Assembly: GCF_001194135.2 (NCBI RefSeq)
Contig: NC_068985.1
Coordinates: forward strand, 84,688,493 to 84,752,492
Source: Octopus bimaculoides
Taxonomy: Eukaryota
Length of the DNA stretch: 64,000 nt
Direction: 5' to 3'
Shown here: positions 12,634 through 25,795 of the stretch, piece after piece
How positions within the stretch are numbered: the first letter of the stretch is position 1
Layout of the letters: the number at the start of each line of letters is the position of its first letter
The notes under the pieces: generated by a model
What the model was told of the DNA's origin: nothing
The model's database searches: none
What the model saw: only the letters and a program-made list of their open reading frames with translations
Position numbers and translations under genes: made by a program

Positions 12634-13089
12634 NNNNNNNNNNNNNNNNNNNNNNNNNNNNNNNNNNNNNNNNNNNNNNNNNNNNNNNNNNNNNNNNNNN
12701 NNNNNNNNNNNNNNNNNNNNNNNNNNNNNNNNNNNNNNNNNNNNNNNNNNNNNNNNNNNNNNNNNNNNNNNNNNNNNNNNNNNNNNNNNNNNNNNNNNNN
12801 NNNNNNNNNNNNNNNNNNNNNNNNNNNNNNNNNNNNNNNNNNNNNNNNNNNNNNNNNNNNNNNNNNNNNNNNNNNNNNNNNNNNNNNNNNNNNNNNNNNN
12901 NNNNNNNNNNNNNNNNNNNNNNNNNNNNNNNNNNNNNNNNNNNNNNNNNNNNNNNNNNNNNNNNNNNNNNNNNNNNNNNNNNNNTATATATATATGAATG
13001 ATGGATGCCATTTTTACTCCAGTGTGGATTACCAGTGGTTTGAAAGTTTCAAGATCTTTACACCTCTTCCTGCAATATTTTTGCTGTTT

Positions 13090-14155
13090 ATAGGAGTGGA
13101 TGCTGATACACCACAGCTCCCCCTCCACCACTACCACTACATTACAACAGTTTCCAAAATCTCTTCCTGTTTTTCAGCTTCCCATTGCTCCTCTTCTTCC
13201 ACTCTCTACACCTCCTCCTCTTCACACTTCCATGAACTATATAACTCCTACCCTTTCTATTCCTCAACTCTCCATACCTCCTACTAGCTCTGTCATACTT
13301 TAACATCTTTTCTTCCATCTTCTGCACCTCTTCTTCCACATCATCCACCTTCCATGTTCCACATGCAACTCTTCCTTCTCCTCTCTTTACACCTCCTACT
13401 TCTCTGCACTCTACACTACCTATTCCCCCACCCTGACATCCCCTACACCCCTACCCTCTACATTTCCTATTCCTTTAGCTTCTGCACTTTATACTCTTCT
13501 ACACTCTACTTTTCTTGTTCTTCCATTGGCTGCACCTTGTACTCCCCCATCTACACCTCGTACTCCTCCACCCCTCTACACCTCCTACTCCTCTACCCTC
13601 TACATCTATTCCTCCACCCTCTACACCTCCCACTCCCCTAGCGTTTACATCTCCTACTCTTAGTTTCTATACCTCATACCCTTCCACGCCCTACTTTTCC
13701 TACTCCTTCATTCACTGCACCTCCTACTCCTCCTGGTACTAACCCTCATACTTTACTCTCTGCACTCCTACTCTTCCAGCTCTCTACACCTCCTACTCCT
13801 CCATTCTCTATATGTCCTACTCTGCTACACTTTACCTTTCCTACTCCTTTAGCTTCTACACCCTACTCCTATACCCCAACACCTCCCACAAACTCTACAC
13901 TTACTCCTACTCCGTCACACTTAGTACCTTCTGCTCTACACTCCAGACATCTTGTACCTCTTTATTCTATGCCTCCTCCTCATCCTCTTCTTACACATTC
14001 TATACTACCTCCTCCACATCTCCACTTCTTACTCCTAAAGCACTCTACACCTCTTACTCCTAAAGAATTCTACACCACTACGTCCTCCTCCTTCTCCTCC
14101 TACTCACCTCTTACTCCTAAAGCCCTCAATACCAGCACCACCTCCTCCCCTCCTC
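13090..14155. repeat. Pyrimidine-rich low-complexity tract (ctcctactcct / ctctacacctc motifs)
   Basis: About 1.1 kb nearly devoid of G on the + strand, with recurring short motifs. Confidence 0.85.
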
Positions 14156-14353
14156 CTATGCTGTGCTCAGGAATGAGTGAACTTGCCAAGGAATAAAATT
14201 AAAGGCGTCTTGCCGTAGAAGTTCTGTTAAAAAGCACATAACACAATTGACTCATATTAAGAAAGAATATTGACAATGACAACCTAATTTTTTATTTATT
14301 TATTCGTCCATTTATTTATTTATTTTATTTTAGTTGGGGACAGAGACAACAGC

Positions 14354-14384
<31 letters not shown>

Positions 14385-14878
14385 TTTACGAGTGTAAATC
14401 TTATATGTCACAGCAGTGTTGCAATTTTACCAACCTGATGCAAACGAATATCAATTCAATTGTTTTCCATTTATCTTTTATTTCATTAAAAAAAATTTTT
14501 TTTTTAGATTTTTTTGATGTCTTTTTTTTTTATATCACTTTTGTATTTTGTTATGTCCTTAGTGTCTTTACAGAATTTTTCAGTTTTTGATGAGGTGTGT
14601 ATCAGTTAAAGGTATCAATATGAATGAACTGATAGTTTTTATTTTGTTTTGTCTTTTTTTTTTCATGTTTTAATTTTTTCTTTAATTTTTTTTTTTGTAT
14701 GTGTACGTATGTATGTGCTGTGTTTAGTATATGTATGTATATGCTATGTTGTGATGTTATGTGATGTGTGAACAAAAATATTTTTCAATTTAGAAATTTA
14801 TGAAAAATTACATTATTCAGTTGTCACAATCTTATAAAAAAAACAAACTTTGTCCCAATATACACAAGGAAAAGAAGG

Positions 14879-14935
<57 letters not shown>

Positions 14936-16125
14936 AACAGAGAGGTGTATACAAACACAGAGCTGATGCTTATGATTGTTGCAATTAGACTGACAAAAAC
15001 AAAATTGTCAGAGATTACTAATAAACAGCTTCAAAAAGTGTTAATTGCATTGCTGTCATAATGTTTCGTCATTGTCACAATCATTATCAGCATCAGCATC
15101 ATCATTATCTATTATACTATTATGGTCATCAGAAAGACAAAAAAAAATAATAAAAAATAAACAGAAAAGTCTGCCATTGTTGTCATCATCATAATTGTCA
15201 TCAGTGTTAGCTTTACTGTCCCCCCTCCTCTTCCTCCTCCTCCTCACTATCATCATCATGAACATATATTGATCTTGAAAAAAACCCATGTAATCATTCC
15301 TGTTATAATCAATCAGCATCATTTCATTACTGTTGTTGCTGTTATTATTGTTGTTCTTGATGATGATGATGATGATGATGAAGGTAATGATGATAACGAT
15401 ATTGATGGCAGTGGTGGTAGCGATGTTGACAATAATGATGATGATGATGATTATAATGGTAGTGGTGGTTGGGATTACGATGATGTTGGTGGGTTGTTGT
15501 TGTTGGGGGGGGGGGCAGTTGTAGTAGTGGTGGTGGCAGCAGTGGAAATGTTGACGACAATGATGATGATGATGGGAGTGGGTTGGGGTGGCAGTAGTGG
15601 CATAATAAGGATAATGATGGTAGTGGTTGTGATGGTGGTGCAACAACGATAAGGAGGAGGCTGCACGGATGCTAACTGAAGAAAACTTGTTCATTCAAAG
15701 GTGATAGAGCTATATTAGATTTTAAATTTTAAATCATTCACGATTTCATTCAGTTACTGCATATTACTTGTTGTTTGACGCAGCTGAGTACAGCACACAT
15801 CACAGTAGCTGCTGATTAAATGCTTAAGAGATCAGCCCACATCCTTATGACACTTCATACTTAGTTACATAATTCTATCATGAACACAGCTCTCTGAACG
15901 TACCAACACCTTTCTTAGAGATTTTGAAAAAATATGTAACAATTCTTCTGTAGAACATTCCTAGTAAACCATACTAGAAAATTGAAAAAAATGCCTCTGT
16001 GTTGTCTGTCTGTTATGTATATGTATGTATGTATGTATTTATGTATATATATATATATATATATATATAAATGCACACACACACACACACACATATATGC
16101 AGAGAGGGAGAGAGATGCAGGCATG

Positions 16126-16490
16126 GCCACGTGCTTAAGAAAGTCACTTTGCAGCTCTTTTGTGTTTGGTTCATTACACAGTATCTTGAGCAAGTGTCTT
16201 CTGCTACAGTCATAGGCTGACCAGTGCCTTGTGAGTGAATTTGGTAAACAGAAACTGTCTGGAAGCCCATCATGTGTGTATGTGTCATTGTATTAGTGTT
16301 TGTTCCCCTACCACTTGACAACAGCTGTTGGTCTCTTTATGTCTCTATAACTTAGTGGTTTAGCATAAGAGACCAATAGAACCAATGCCAAGCTTAATAA
16401 AACAAGCACTATGGTCAACTTGTTCACCTAAACCCCTCAAGGCAGTACCCTAGCATTGCTGCAATCTAAAAACTAAAACAAGTTAAAGAG
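16126..16490 (+). mobile_element. SINE family A, diverged
   Basis: Head, central and tail segments are all recognisable. Confidence 0.75.
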
Positions 16491-16788
16491 AAAAGATCTG
16501 TGAAGCCAAGTGAAATCATAGTCATGGCTGATGCTGGTGTCATGTAACTGGCACCTGTGCCAGTAACATGTAAAGAACACCTTTCAAGCATTGGGCCTCA
16601 TGGAGACAAAATGGCTGAGTTCCTTTGAGCGTTGGACCTGATGGAGGCAAAGTGGCTGAGTTTCTTTTCAGTGTTGGTCCTCATGTAGGTAATGACTGAG
16701 ACCTTTGGCGTCATGTTGTACTTGAGAAGAAGACCCATCAAGCCAAGCAAAATCACAGTCATGGAAGATACTGATGTCACGCAAATGG

Positions 16789-16853
16789 CAGGAAAAAAAT
16801 CTACAACCTTCTATATATATATATATATATAGAAGGTTGTAGATTTTTTCCTG
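16789..16853. repeat. Near-perfect palindrome centred on (TA)n
   Basis: caggaaaaaaatctacaaccttct-(AT)n-agaaggttgtagattttttcctg. Confidence 0.9.
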
Positions 16854-16914
16854 TATCAAAGTTCGATAAGCTACAAAGAGTTATTTTATAGCTTACGGTT
16901 AACAGCTGGGGTTG

Positions 16915-16962
<48 letters not shown>

Positions 16963-17018
16963 ACGTGTGTGTGTATCACTGTCATCATCATTTGACGTCC
17001 ATTTTTCATGCTGCCATG

Positions 17019-17065
<47 letters not shown>

Positions 17066-17613
17066 TACACATGAGTGTTAATATGTGTGTTTGTATACAC
17101 ACAACACACGCATGTACATAGTGAGTGTACAGTTTATCTTTAATCATCAAAAGTTTTTGTGCGTTGGCTTTCTTTTTCATTTATTTTATTTTATATCTTG
17201 CCATTATTTTTATATCTTTAGCGCTATTTTTCATGGCAATTTTTTATTTTATTGTCATCATTGTCAAAATTACTAACAAAATATAAACAAAATACTCACA
17301 GCATAAATAACTAATCTAACCTCTTTAGAAACACACACAGATCATCATCATCATCATCAGCAGCAGCAGCATCTTCTTAATCATTGTAATTATTATTGTT
17401 GTTATCAGTGGAAAGACCTCACTCAGAATCTTTCATGTTTGGCTTCAGTTTGGGAAAGATAGATCACAAAATGGTACTGCAAAATCCTCAATCTTTTCAA
17501 AGATTGAGGCTTGCATAGAAAAAGAAGAAAAGAAACAAGAAAGAAATTGAAAAAATATAATAGGAAAAAGAAACAGAGAATTGGTGCCAATTGTGGATAA
17601 GATGGTGATGATG

Positions 17614-17829
17614 GCAGAGGTAGTGGTGGTGGCAGAGGTAGTGGTGGTGGCAGAGGTAGTGATGGTGGCAGAGGTAGTGGTGGTGGCAGAGGTAGTGGTG
17701 GTGGCAGAGGTAGTGGTGGTGGCAGAGGTAGTGGTGGTGGCAGAGGTAGTGGTGGTGGCAGAGGTAGTGGTGGTGGCAGAAGTAGTGGTGGTGGCAGAGG
17801 TAGTGGTGGTGGCAGAGGTAGTGGTGGTA
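17614..17829 (+). repeat. 18-bp minisatellite (GCAGAGGTAGTGGTGGTG) x12
   Basis: Twelve nearly identical units counted directly. Confidence 0.95.
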
Positions 17830-17900
17830 GCAGCAGTGGTAATTATGATAATGATGTTTATCTTTCTGCATTACATTCCTGTATGTGTATATGTGAAGAC

Positions 17901-18119
17901 AGGCACAGGTTTGGCTGTGTGGTAAGAAGCTTACTTCCCAACCACATGGTTCTAGGTTCAGTCCCACTGTGTTGCGCCTTGGGCAAGTGTCTTACTTCTA
18001 CTATAGCACATACACACACACACACATACACATATAAATATATATATACATATAGCCTCAGGCCGATGAAAGCCTTGTGAGTGGATTTGGTAAACAGAAA
18101 CTGAAAGTAGCCCATCACA

Positions 18120-18154
<35 letters not shown>

Positions 18155-18550
18155 GTCTGGTCATAGAGTGACAAATGGTTTTGCATCCATAAAACGCTTT
18201 GCTTTATGGACGACTCATCAGGGCATATATCTCTATAGTGGAGGTAGTATTTCATTACGGTCAGTTAGTAAACTAAAATAAATAATCCAGGTCAGCAAGA
18301 ATGGGTTATGTTCTCTAGACCAGTTCCTTTGGCAGTCTATGTGTATGTGTGTGTGTCACCACCTCTTGACGACTGGTGTTGGTTTGTTTCTGTCCCTATA
18401 GTTTAGCATTTCAGTAAAAAGAGACTTATAGAATAAGTACCAGGCTTTAAAAAATATAAGAACTGGAGTTGATTCATTCAACTAAAAGTTCTTCAAGGTG
18501 GTGCCGCAGCATGGCCACAGTTTAATAACTGAAGCAGTTAAAAGATAAAA
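17901..18550 (+). mobile_element. SINE family A, interrupted by a microsatellite insertion and an unrelated insert of about 190 bp
   Basis: Head at 17901-18120 and tail at about 18340-18550. A (CA)/(TA) insert splits ctatag|cctcagg with tatagc duplicated. Confidence 0.75.
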
Positions 18551-18785
18551 GATTCATAAACTTATCCACACACACACACACACACACATATTATTATCGA
18601 CATTATTATTATTATGTTTTACATTGGCTTTCCATACTGGCTTGTCATCAGTCTCTGCTGCCAGCACACCAAGAACCCGAACAAATACCACAAGGCACTT
18701 TGTTAACCCTCTAACAGTTTCACTAATCCCCTGTCCTGAATTGGTACTTTTTTTTATTAACCGCCAACACAGAAATGAAAGGCAA

Positions 18786-19022
18786 GGCTTAAGGCGGCGA
18801 GCTGGCAGAAACGTTAGCACGCCGGGCGAAAAGCTTAGTGATATTTCGTCTACCGCTACGTTCTGAGTTCAAATTCCGCCGAGGTCAACTTTACTTTCAT
18901 CCTTTTGGGGTCGATAAATTAAGCACCAGCTACACACTGGGGTCGATGTAATCGACTTAACCCCTATGTCTGTCCTTGTTTGTTCCCTCTATGTTTAGCC
19001 CCTTGTGGGCAATAAAGAAATA
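18786..19022 (+). mobile_element. SINE family B, young copy with 15-bp TSD, nested in an older opposite-strand B copy
   Basis: CpG-rich aaggcggcgagctggcagaaacg... flanked by agaaatgaaaggcaa at 18771-18785 and 19023-19037. Confidence 0.9.
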
Positions 19023-19979
19023 AGAAATGAAAGGCAATCTTAACATTGGTAAGATTTGAACTCAGAGTGCAGAAAGTCAGACCAAACACCACAAGGCATT
19101 CTATCTAATACTTAATTAATTTGGGGTAGATCTGAGCATAAAGCAAATTTGAAACAAAAGGAAAATGCTGAAAAAAAACGAAGGGAAAGATCAAGTAAAA
19201 ATGGATGATCTAGAAAAAAAGCATCTGAACTAGTGTATGCATACAAAGCTGAAACTATGGCATATGTTTTGCAATTTTCGCAGTAGATGAGTTTTTTTTT
19301 CTTTTTTTGGAGTAGTTTAATTATTTTCGTTACATTATTTTGGAAATAAATGTGTATGTATGTATGTATGTATGTATGTATTTATTTGTGTGAATGTGTA
19401 TGTTTCTTGTATGTTTTTTTTTTTTTCAGTACTGTGCATTTTTTGTATGTGCACTGTCAGAATTGGAAAAGATAAATGTATATGTGTGTGTGTGTGTGTA
19501 TGTGTGTAATATATATACATATGTATATGGGAGAGTATGATATACATAAACACACATTCACGCAAACATACGCACATGCATAAAATCATACATATATATA
19601 CACACTCACATACATATATATATATACACACACACATATATATACATGTATACATACACACACACAAATATTTACATACATACATACATATATATATATA
19701 CACACACATATATATATACAAACAACCCCCTCATATACACTTGCTAATATATCATATATATAATTCATATATGTATATATTATAAAAGTATGTGGCAAGG
19801 ATTGGGGTGTGAGGGGGTTAGCAACTTCTTTTCATTGCCAATATTGGTGGCCTTGCAATAATATTTACTTTACTTCCAACATCAGCGTTTATGTTCTGTT
19901 TGTTGTTTCATAAACTCTATGAGCTGTTGCCTGGTGTGTGCCTTTGTGTGTTTGCATGTATGCACACTCACACACCCAC

Positions 19980-20014
<35 letters not shown>

Positions 20015-20072
20015 TGTGTGTGTGTGTGTGCACTCACATGTGTGTGTACGTATATATATATTTATATATATG

Positions 20073-20105
<33 letters not shown>

Positions 20106-20681
20106 ATGTATATATATATATATATATANNNNNNNNNNNNNNNNNNNNNNNNNNNNNNNNNNNNNNNNNNNNNNNNNNNNNNNNNNNNNNNNNNNNNNNN
20201 NNNNNNNNNNNNNNNNNNNNNNNNNNNNNNNNNNNNNNNNNNNNNNNNNNNNNNNNNNNNNNNNNNNNNNNNNNNNNNNNNNNNNNNNNNNNNNNNNNNN
20301 NNNNNNNNNNNNNNNNNNNNNNNNNNNNNNNNNNNNNNNNNNNNNNNNNNNNNNNNNNNNNNNNNNNNNNNNNNNNNNNNNNNNNNNNNNNNNNNNNNNN
20401 NNNNNNNNNNNNNNNNNNNNNNNNNNNNNNNNNNNNNNNNNNNNNNNNNNNNNNNNNNNNNNNNNNNNNNNNNNNNNNNNNNNNNNNNNNNNNNNNNNNN
20501 NNNNNNNNNNNNNNNNNNNNNNNNNNNNNNNNNNNNNNNNNNNNNNNNNNNNNNNNNNNNNNNNNNNNNNNNNNNNNNNNNNNNNNNNNNNNNNNNNNNN
20601 NNNNNNNNNNNNNNNNNNNNNNNNNNNNNNNNNNATATATATATATATATATATATAGACACCATACACACATACACAGAC

Positions 20682-20731
<50 letters not shown>

Positions 20732-21216
20732 TATCATATAACACTGTCACATTCATCCTTCACTATCATCGCAAGTATATCAACACAGACATAGGATTAT
20801 ATGGACATAATCACATATATTGAAAAGCAAACTCTTTGTCGTCACACATTCGACCCCCACCCTGAAGTATGTAGCCTGAATGGTTTCTCTTCATTTCCTT
20901 TTTTTTTTTTTTTTACACCATGTCTCCAAATATATTCCTCAGAAACAAAATAATGAAGAAAAGAAAAACAGAAAAAAAAAAGCATCATCATGCAGAAATC
21001 AATGTTACATTCACCTGTAGTGTGATTGACCAAGGACATCATAGTAAAATCTATAATCTATATATATGTGATTGGTAATTTCTGATTTGTTATCATATCA
21101 TTTTGCTGTATATCCTTCAGTTTTTTTTTGACATCAGTTTTGAATGTTTTGTTTTTTTGTTTCCACTGTTCTTTTCAATTATTATTATTATTGTTGTTGT
21201 TGTTGTTGTTATCATT

Positions 21217-21431
21217 AAGGCGGTGAGCTGGCAGAATTGTTAGCACACTGGACAAAATGCTTAGTGGTATTTTGCCCATCACTATGTTCTGAGTTCAAAT
21301 TCCGCCAAGGTCGAATTTACCTTTCATCCTTTCGGAATTGATAAAATATGTACCAGTTAAACACTGGGGTCGATGTAATCGACTCATTTCCTCCTCCAAA
21401 ACTGCTGCCCTTGTGGCAAAATTTGAAACCA

Positions 21432-21496
<65 letters not shown>

Positions 21497-21890
21497 GCTG
21501 TTGTTATTATTATTATTAGGCAGCTAAGCTGGTTGAATGTTAGGAAAAAAATACTTTGTGGTATTTGTTCTAGCTCTTTACTTTCTGTGTTCAAATCCTA
21601 CAGAGATCAGTTTTTTCCCTTTCATCCTTTTAGGGTTGATAAAATAAAGTAGCAGTCAAGTTCTGGAGTTCATGGTTTCAATTAACCACTTCCCACCTAA
21701 ATTACTGCCTCTGTACCAAAGTTTGAAACCAGTGAAGGCAGCGAGTGAGCTTGCAGAATCTGTAGATTTTGCTTTTCATCCTTTCAGGACCAACAAAGCA
21801 CCAGTTGGGCACTGTGGTTGATGTATATAACTAGCCCCTTCACCCAAAATTTCAGGCCTATGGTCCTTTCATAGAAAGAATTATTATTAT
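21217..21890 (+). mobile_element. Cluster of three head-to-tail SINE family B copies, the first two joined by (ATT)n
   Basis: Copies at about 21217-21428, 21518-21730 and 21735-21890, each with the ttcatccttt...gataaaat..gtaccag core. Confidence 0.8.
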
Positions 21891-22335
21891 TATTATCATT
21901 ATTATACGAAGGGCCAGTTGTAAAATTGAAAATTGAAAACTGATGACGTAATTCTGTCAAAGTGGGAACGTAGGATCTTCTTGTTCAAACTTTTGAATTT
22001 GAATTGCTATAATTTTGAATTTCTATGTATCACTTTTCATTTTGAACCCAACAGAGACAGGCAAGCTCTTTTATTCTCTTTTATTCTCTTTTATTCTCTT
22101 TTACTTGCTTCAGTCATTTGACTGTGGCCATGCTGGAACACCACCTTTAGTCGAGCAAATCGACCCCAGGACTTATTCTTTGTAAGCCTAGTATATCATT
22201 CAAACCAATAAAGCATCTACTGCAATCACATCATGTTCTTCATATTGTCTATTTACCTTTGTGAGGAGTTATGCCAAGCCTTTTAAAATCTTCTTCTTCT
22301 TCTTCTTCTTCTTCGTCTTCTTCTTCTTCTTCGTC

Positions 22336-22390
<55 letters not shown>

Positions 22391-22736
22391 CATTGTTATT
22401 ATTGAATGAGAGAGCAGTACAAGCCAACAAGGTGACACTGGGGTACAAATATACAGAGCCAAATATACCCATCATGACTACCCATTTGATAAGGGTTCAC
22501 CAAGCACATGAATCACAACCATATGTATGCAAGATGGTGATCTCATATCAAGATAAACAGTGCATGGCCTTGCAAGTGGGGCCCAGTTAGAATTTTTTTT
22601 TCAAGTTGAGTCACCCATTCCGCTCAAAAGGTTCCTGAATAAGGTTTGTTTAAGGATGATGAACACAACACCCCTTTTTCCAGAGGTGAATTATTCAATC
22701 CCTCAAAGAGAGCTACTGTCTAGTACTGCATCAGAA

Positions 22737-22770
<34 letters not shown>

Positions 22771-22799
22771 CTACCTACTGGTAGGAAAGAGCAATAATG

Positions 22800-23470
22800 T
22801 TCTGGGGGAGAAAAGATCTGAGTGGTAATGAGGACTAAGTAACTTATTTGTTCTGGCGGACTTTTGGGCTGGGGATATCTATGGATAACTTCCAGAAATT
22901 CTTACCCTGGCAGCGCTACCAAGGAGCATTACTAGTGTGTGGTAAGCTCTACAGACCATCAGATTTGACTATTTGAAAAGAACAGAGAGTGCCAAAATTG
23001 TTCTGCTCATTACATCATATCTGAACATTGCTGACTTTAGATGTTATGTCAAACAGCTGTTGTTCCATGTAGGAGAGCTCCAGCTATCAACTGAGGAAAT
23101 CATGAGGTTTTCCCTCCCATCTTTTAATCAGATTAGACAGGCAGTTTTCCCGCTGTCAGGTGATTTTGGTGAAAGACCTTGTGTGGTGATTGAGGCAGAA
23201 AGGACCGAGGACAGACACTTTTTTCTTCAGTGACTTTTGCGAATTCTTCATCTAAAGAAGAGAGGGAAGTGTTCTTCTCTGGCGAATTTAGCAAAAGTAA
23301 AGTAACTTTGATGGAAATACTAAGAGTGAATGGAATGACTCCAAAGATGCATGCCTTTGGGTCAGAGAACAATAACTGAGTGAAGGCTCATGTCCTTAGA
23401 AGTTTGGGTGGTTCATGGGTCCATATGGGTCCTTTGGTTACCTCTTGTTTGAAGACTTATATTGGAAAGA
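22800..23470 (-). mobile_element. Possible highly decayed LINE ORF1 (gag-like, I/Nimb-type) relic
   Basis: ISIKVTLLLLNSPEK..SSLDEEF, IKRWEGK and eroded Cys/His knuckle-like segments appear in the order expected for I-group ORF1. There are many stops and frameshifts. Confidence 0.3.
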
Positions 23471-25491
23471 CTTTCGTGTATGCATTTGTATATTTTTTTT
23501 GTCATTTCATTTGTGCTTGCTTTTTGCTTCCTTTTTCTTCATCCAATTTTATATGTAACCCGATACTCTGCGTAACCTGTCTTTGTAATGCCTCACTTTA
23601 TCTAATGCCCCAGTGACAAATACGCAAAATCATCATCATCATCGTTGTCGTCGTCGTCGTCATCATCATCGTCGTCATCATCATCGTCGTCATCATCGTT
23701 GTTACTCTTTTTACTTTTTTTTTTCCTGCTTAGTTATATCCAGTTATCTTTCTCATCTAGTTACTCCTCGGTTAAAATTTCCATTATTGTCAGTCGTTGT
23801 TGCTACCATAGTTGTTGTTGCTTGTTGTTGTTCTCATTAATGCTTTGTCTTACTTTATTAGTTTTTTTTTTGTTTTGGCATGAGTGTATATGAGTGAGGG
23901 AGGTTGTTTTTTGTTTTTCTTTGTTTTTATTTATTGGCTCTGGAAAATGTTGATAAATTGGAATAATTATAGAAACTAACAATGACAGGATGGTATGACG
24001 GTAATGATATAAATGATGGTGGCAGTGGTGGTGGTGGTGGTGTTAATCATGACAATGTTGCTTATGAAGATGACGATGGTGTTGATTATGATGATAAGAG
24101 TGAAACTAACTTTGGTCATTCTAAGTTCTAATGGAGGAATGGTAACATTGATGACAATAATTGATGATCATCATAATAATAATTAATGATTGTTACAGCA
24201 TTGATGATGACAATGATGATGATGTGATGGTGGGGTGGGGAATGATGAGGATTATGCTTCAGTGTTGTTGATGGATTCTTGTTATGGTGAAGTACAGCTA
24301 GTAATATTTGTGTTCTACAGTCATGATGATCATCATCATCATCACCATCACTATCATGATCGTGGTGATGGTGGTGGGGATGTCAGCGGTGATGGTACCG
24401 ATGACAATGATGATGACAATGATGATGATGAGTGAGAAACATAGAAATGATTGCGATTGCATCAGTCCCAGTACCAGTTATAATTGCAACACTGAAACAG
24501 AAATGTATGTTCTTATCAATAATAATGATGATTTCAAATTTTGCCTCCGAGCCAGCAATTTCAGGGAAAGAATAAATTGATGACATTGACCCAAGTGCTC
24601 AGCTGGTACTTAATTTATCAACTCTGAGAGGATAGAAGGCAAAGTCAACCATGGCAGGGTTTTAGGAGTAGAACTGGGTAGTTGTATTAGTATACATAGA
24701 TTTATTGAAGGAAAGTAGTTCTGCTAGAAATTGAACCTTTGTTGCCAGCTCTGTTTGGCAAGAAGAAATCTATCGCTACACCAAGAGACATACAAATGGT
24801 AATAGCAATTACAGTTCTGCTAATGATGACAATAACTGTGACTATCATCCTCATCATCATCATCATCGCCATCATCATCGTCATCATCATCATCTCCATC
24901 ATCATCTTCTTCATCATCGTCAGTCACATCATGATCATTAGTCGCATCATCGTCATCATTATTCATCTTCATTATCATCATCCCTGTCATCAACATCACT
25001 ATCATCCTCATTGTCATCATTACAAATTAATTACATTAACAATGTTAATTTTCCGAGGCAGCAATTTTATTTCTGTCTTTCAAAATGTCAAGTGCTTTTA
25101 ATTGTAAGGGAAGAACTAAATGAGTTTAGCATCATCATCATCATCATCAACATTACCACCCACCCCCTGTAATCACATGCCAACAAGGGTGCAAGAAACA
25201 GTAGCCAGAACCCCACAAATTACATGCTGCTGTTTCAAAATTCAAAGCTGCACTATTTTGAGGAAAAATACATGATCATGACATAAGTCTACTCAACTAG
25301 GGCTGACCTGGGGCTAAACTACATTATCGTCATTATCATCATTGTCATCACCATTGTGAGCAGCATTAGTGTTAATACCATATGTGATGGTGATGATATA
25401 ATGGTGTTATTGTTGCTGTTGCATGATGACCTTTTGAACTCTCATCCCCACAATGAACCTTGATAAAATAAATATCTGTAACACTCTAAAG

Positions 25492-25745
25492 CAGTGGTTC
25501 TCAACCAGACTCCATTTGGCCCTTGGGGGTTCATATAAGATTTTGCTGTTAAAATCTATTTGCAATAAATTTGGTTATACTTCCACAATACACAAAATAT
25601 TTTAACATATTTTTTTTATACAATTCATAATATTTAATTATAAAAATATAACAGGATGTTTTAAACATTTAACAGCTATGAAGGTTCACCCATGTAAATT
25701 AAGAATCAAAGGGATCTATAGGGGGGAAATAGTTGAGAACCACAG
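25492..25745. mobile_element. hAT (Charlie-like) MITE with 8-bp TSD
   Basis: TIRs cagtggttctcaac / gttgagaaccacag. TSD ctctaaag (25484-25491) and ctccaaag (25746-25753). Confidence 0.85.
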
Positions 25746-25795
25746 CTCCAAAGTTTCTGATCAACTGATATAATTTTCTTCATCTTCATATATAT

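Noticed and set aside
14169-14223. Ankyrin-like GKTPL motif in one frame of the candidate exon
   Set aside because: The rest of the ankyrin consensus is missing and a stop follows within 11 codons.
22400-22740. Interspersed repeat between (ATT)n tracts (other unclassified repeats at 16500-16790, 27100-27270 and 60480-60780)
   Set aside because: Probably mobile-element derived, but I could not assign a class from the sequence alone.
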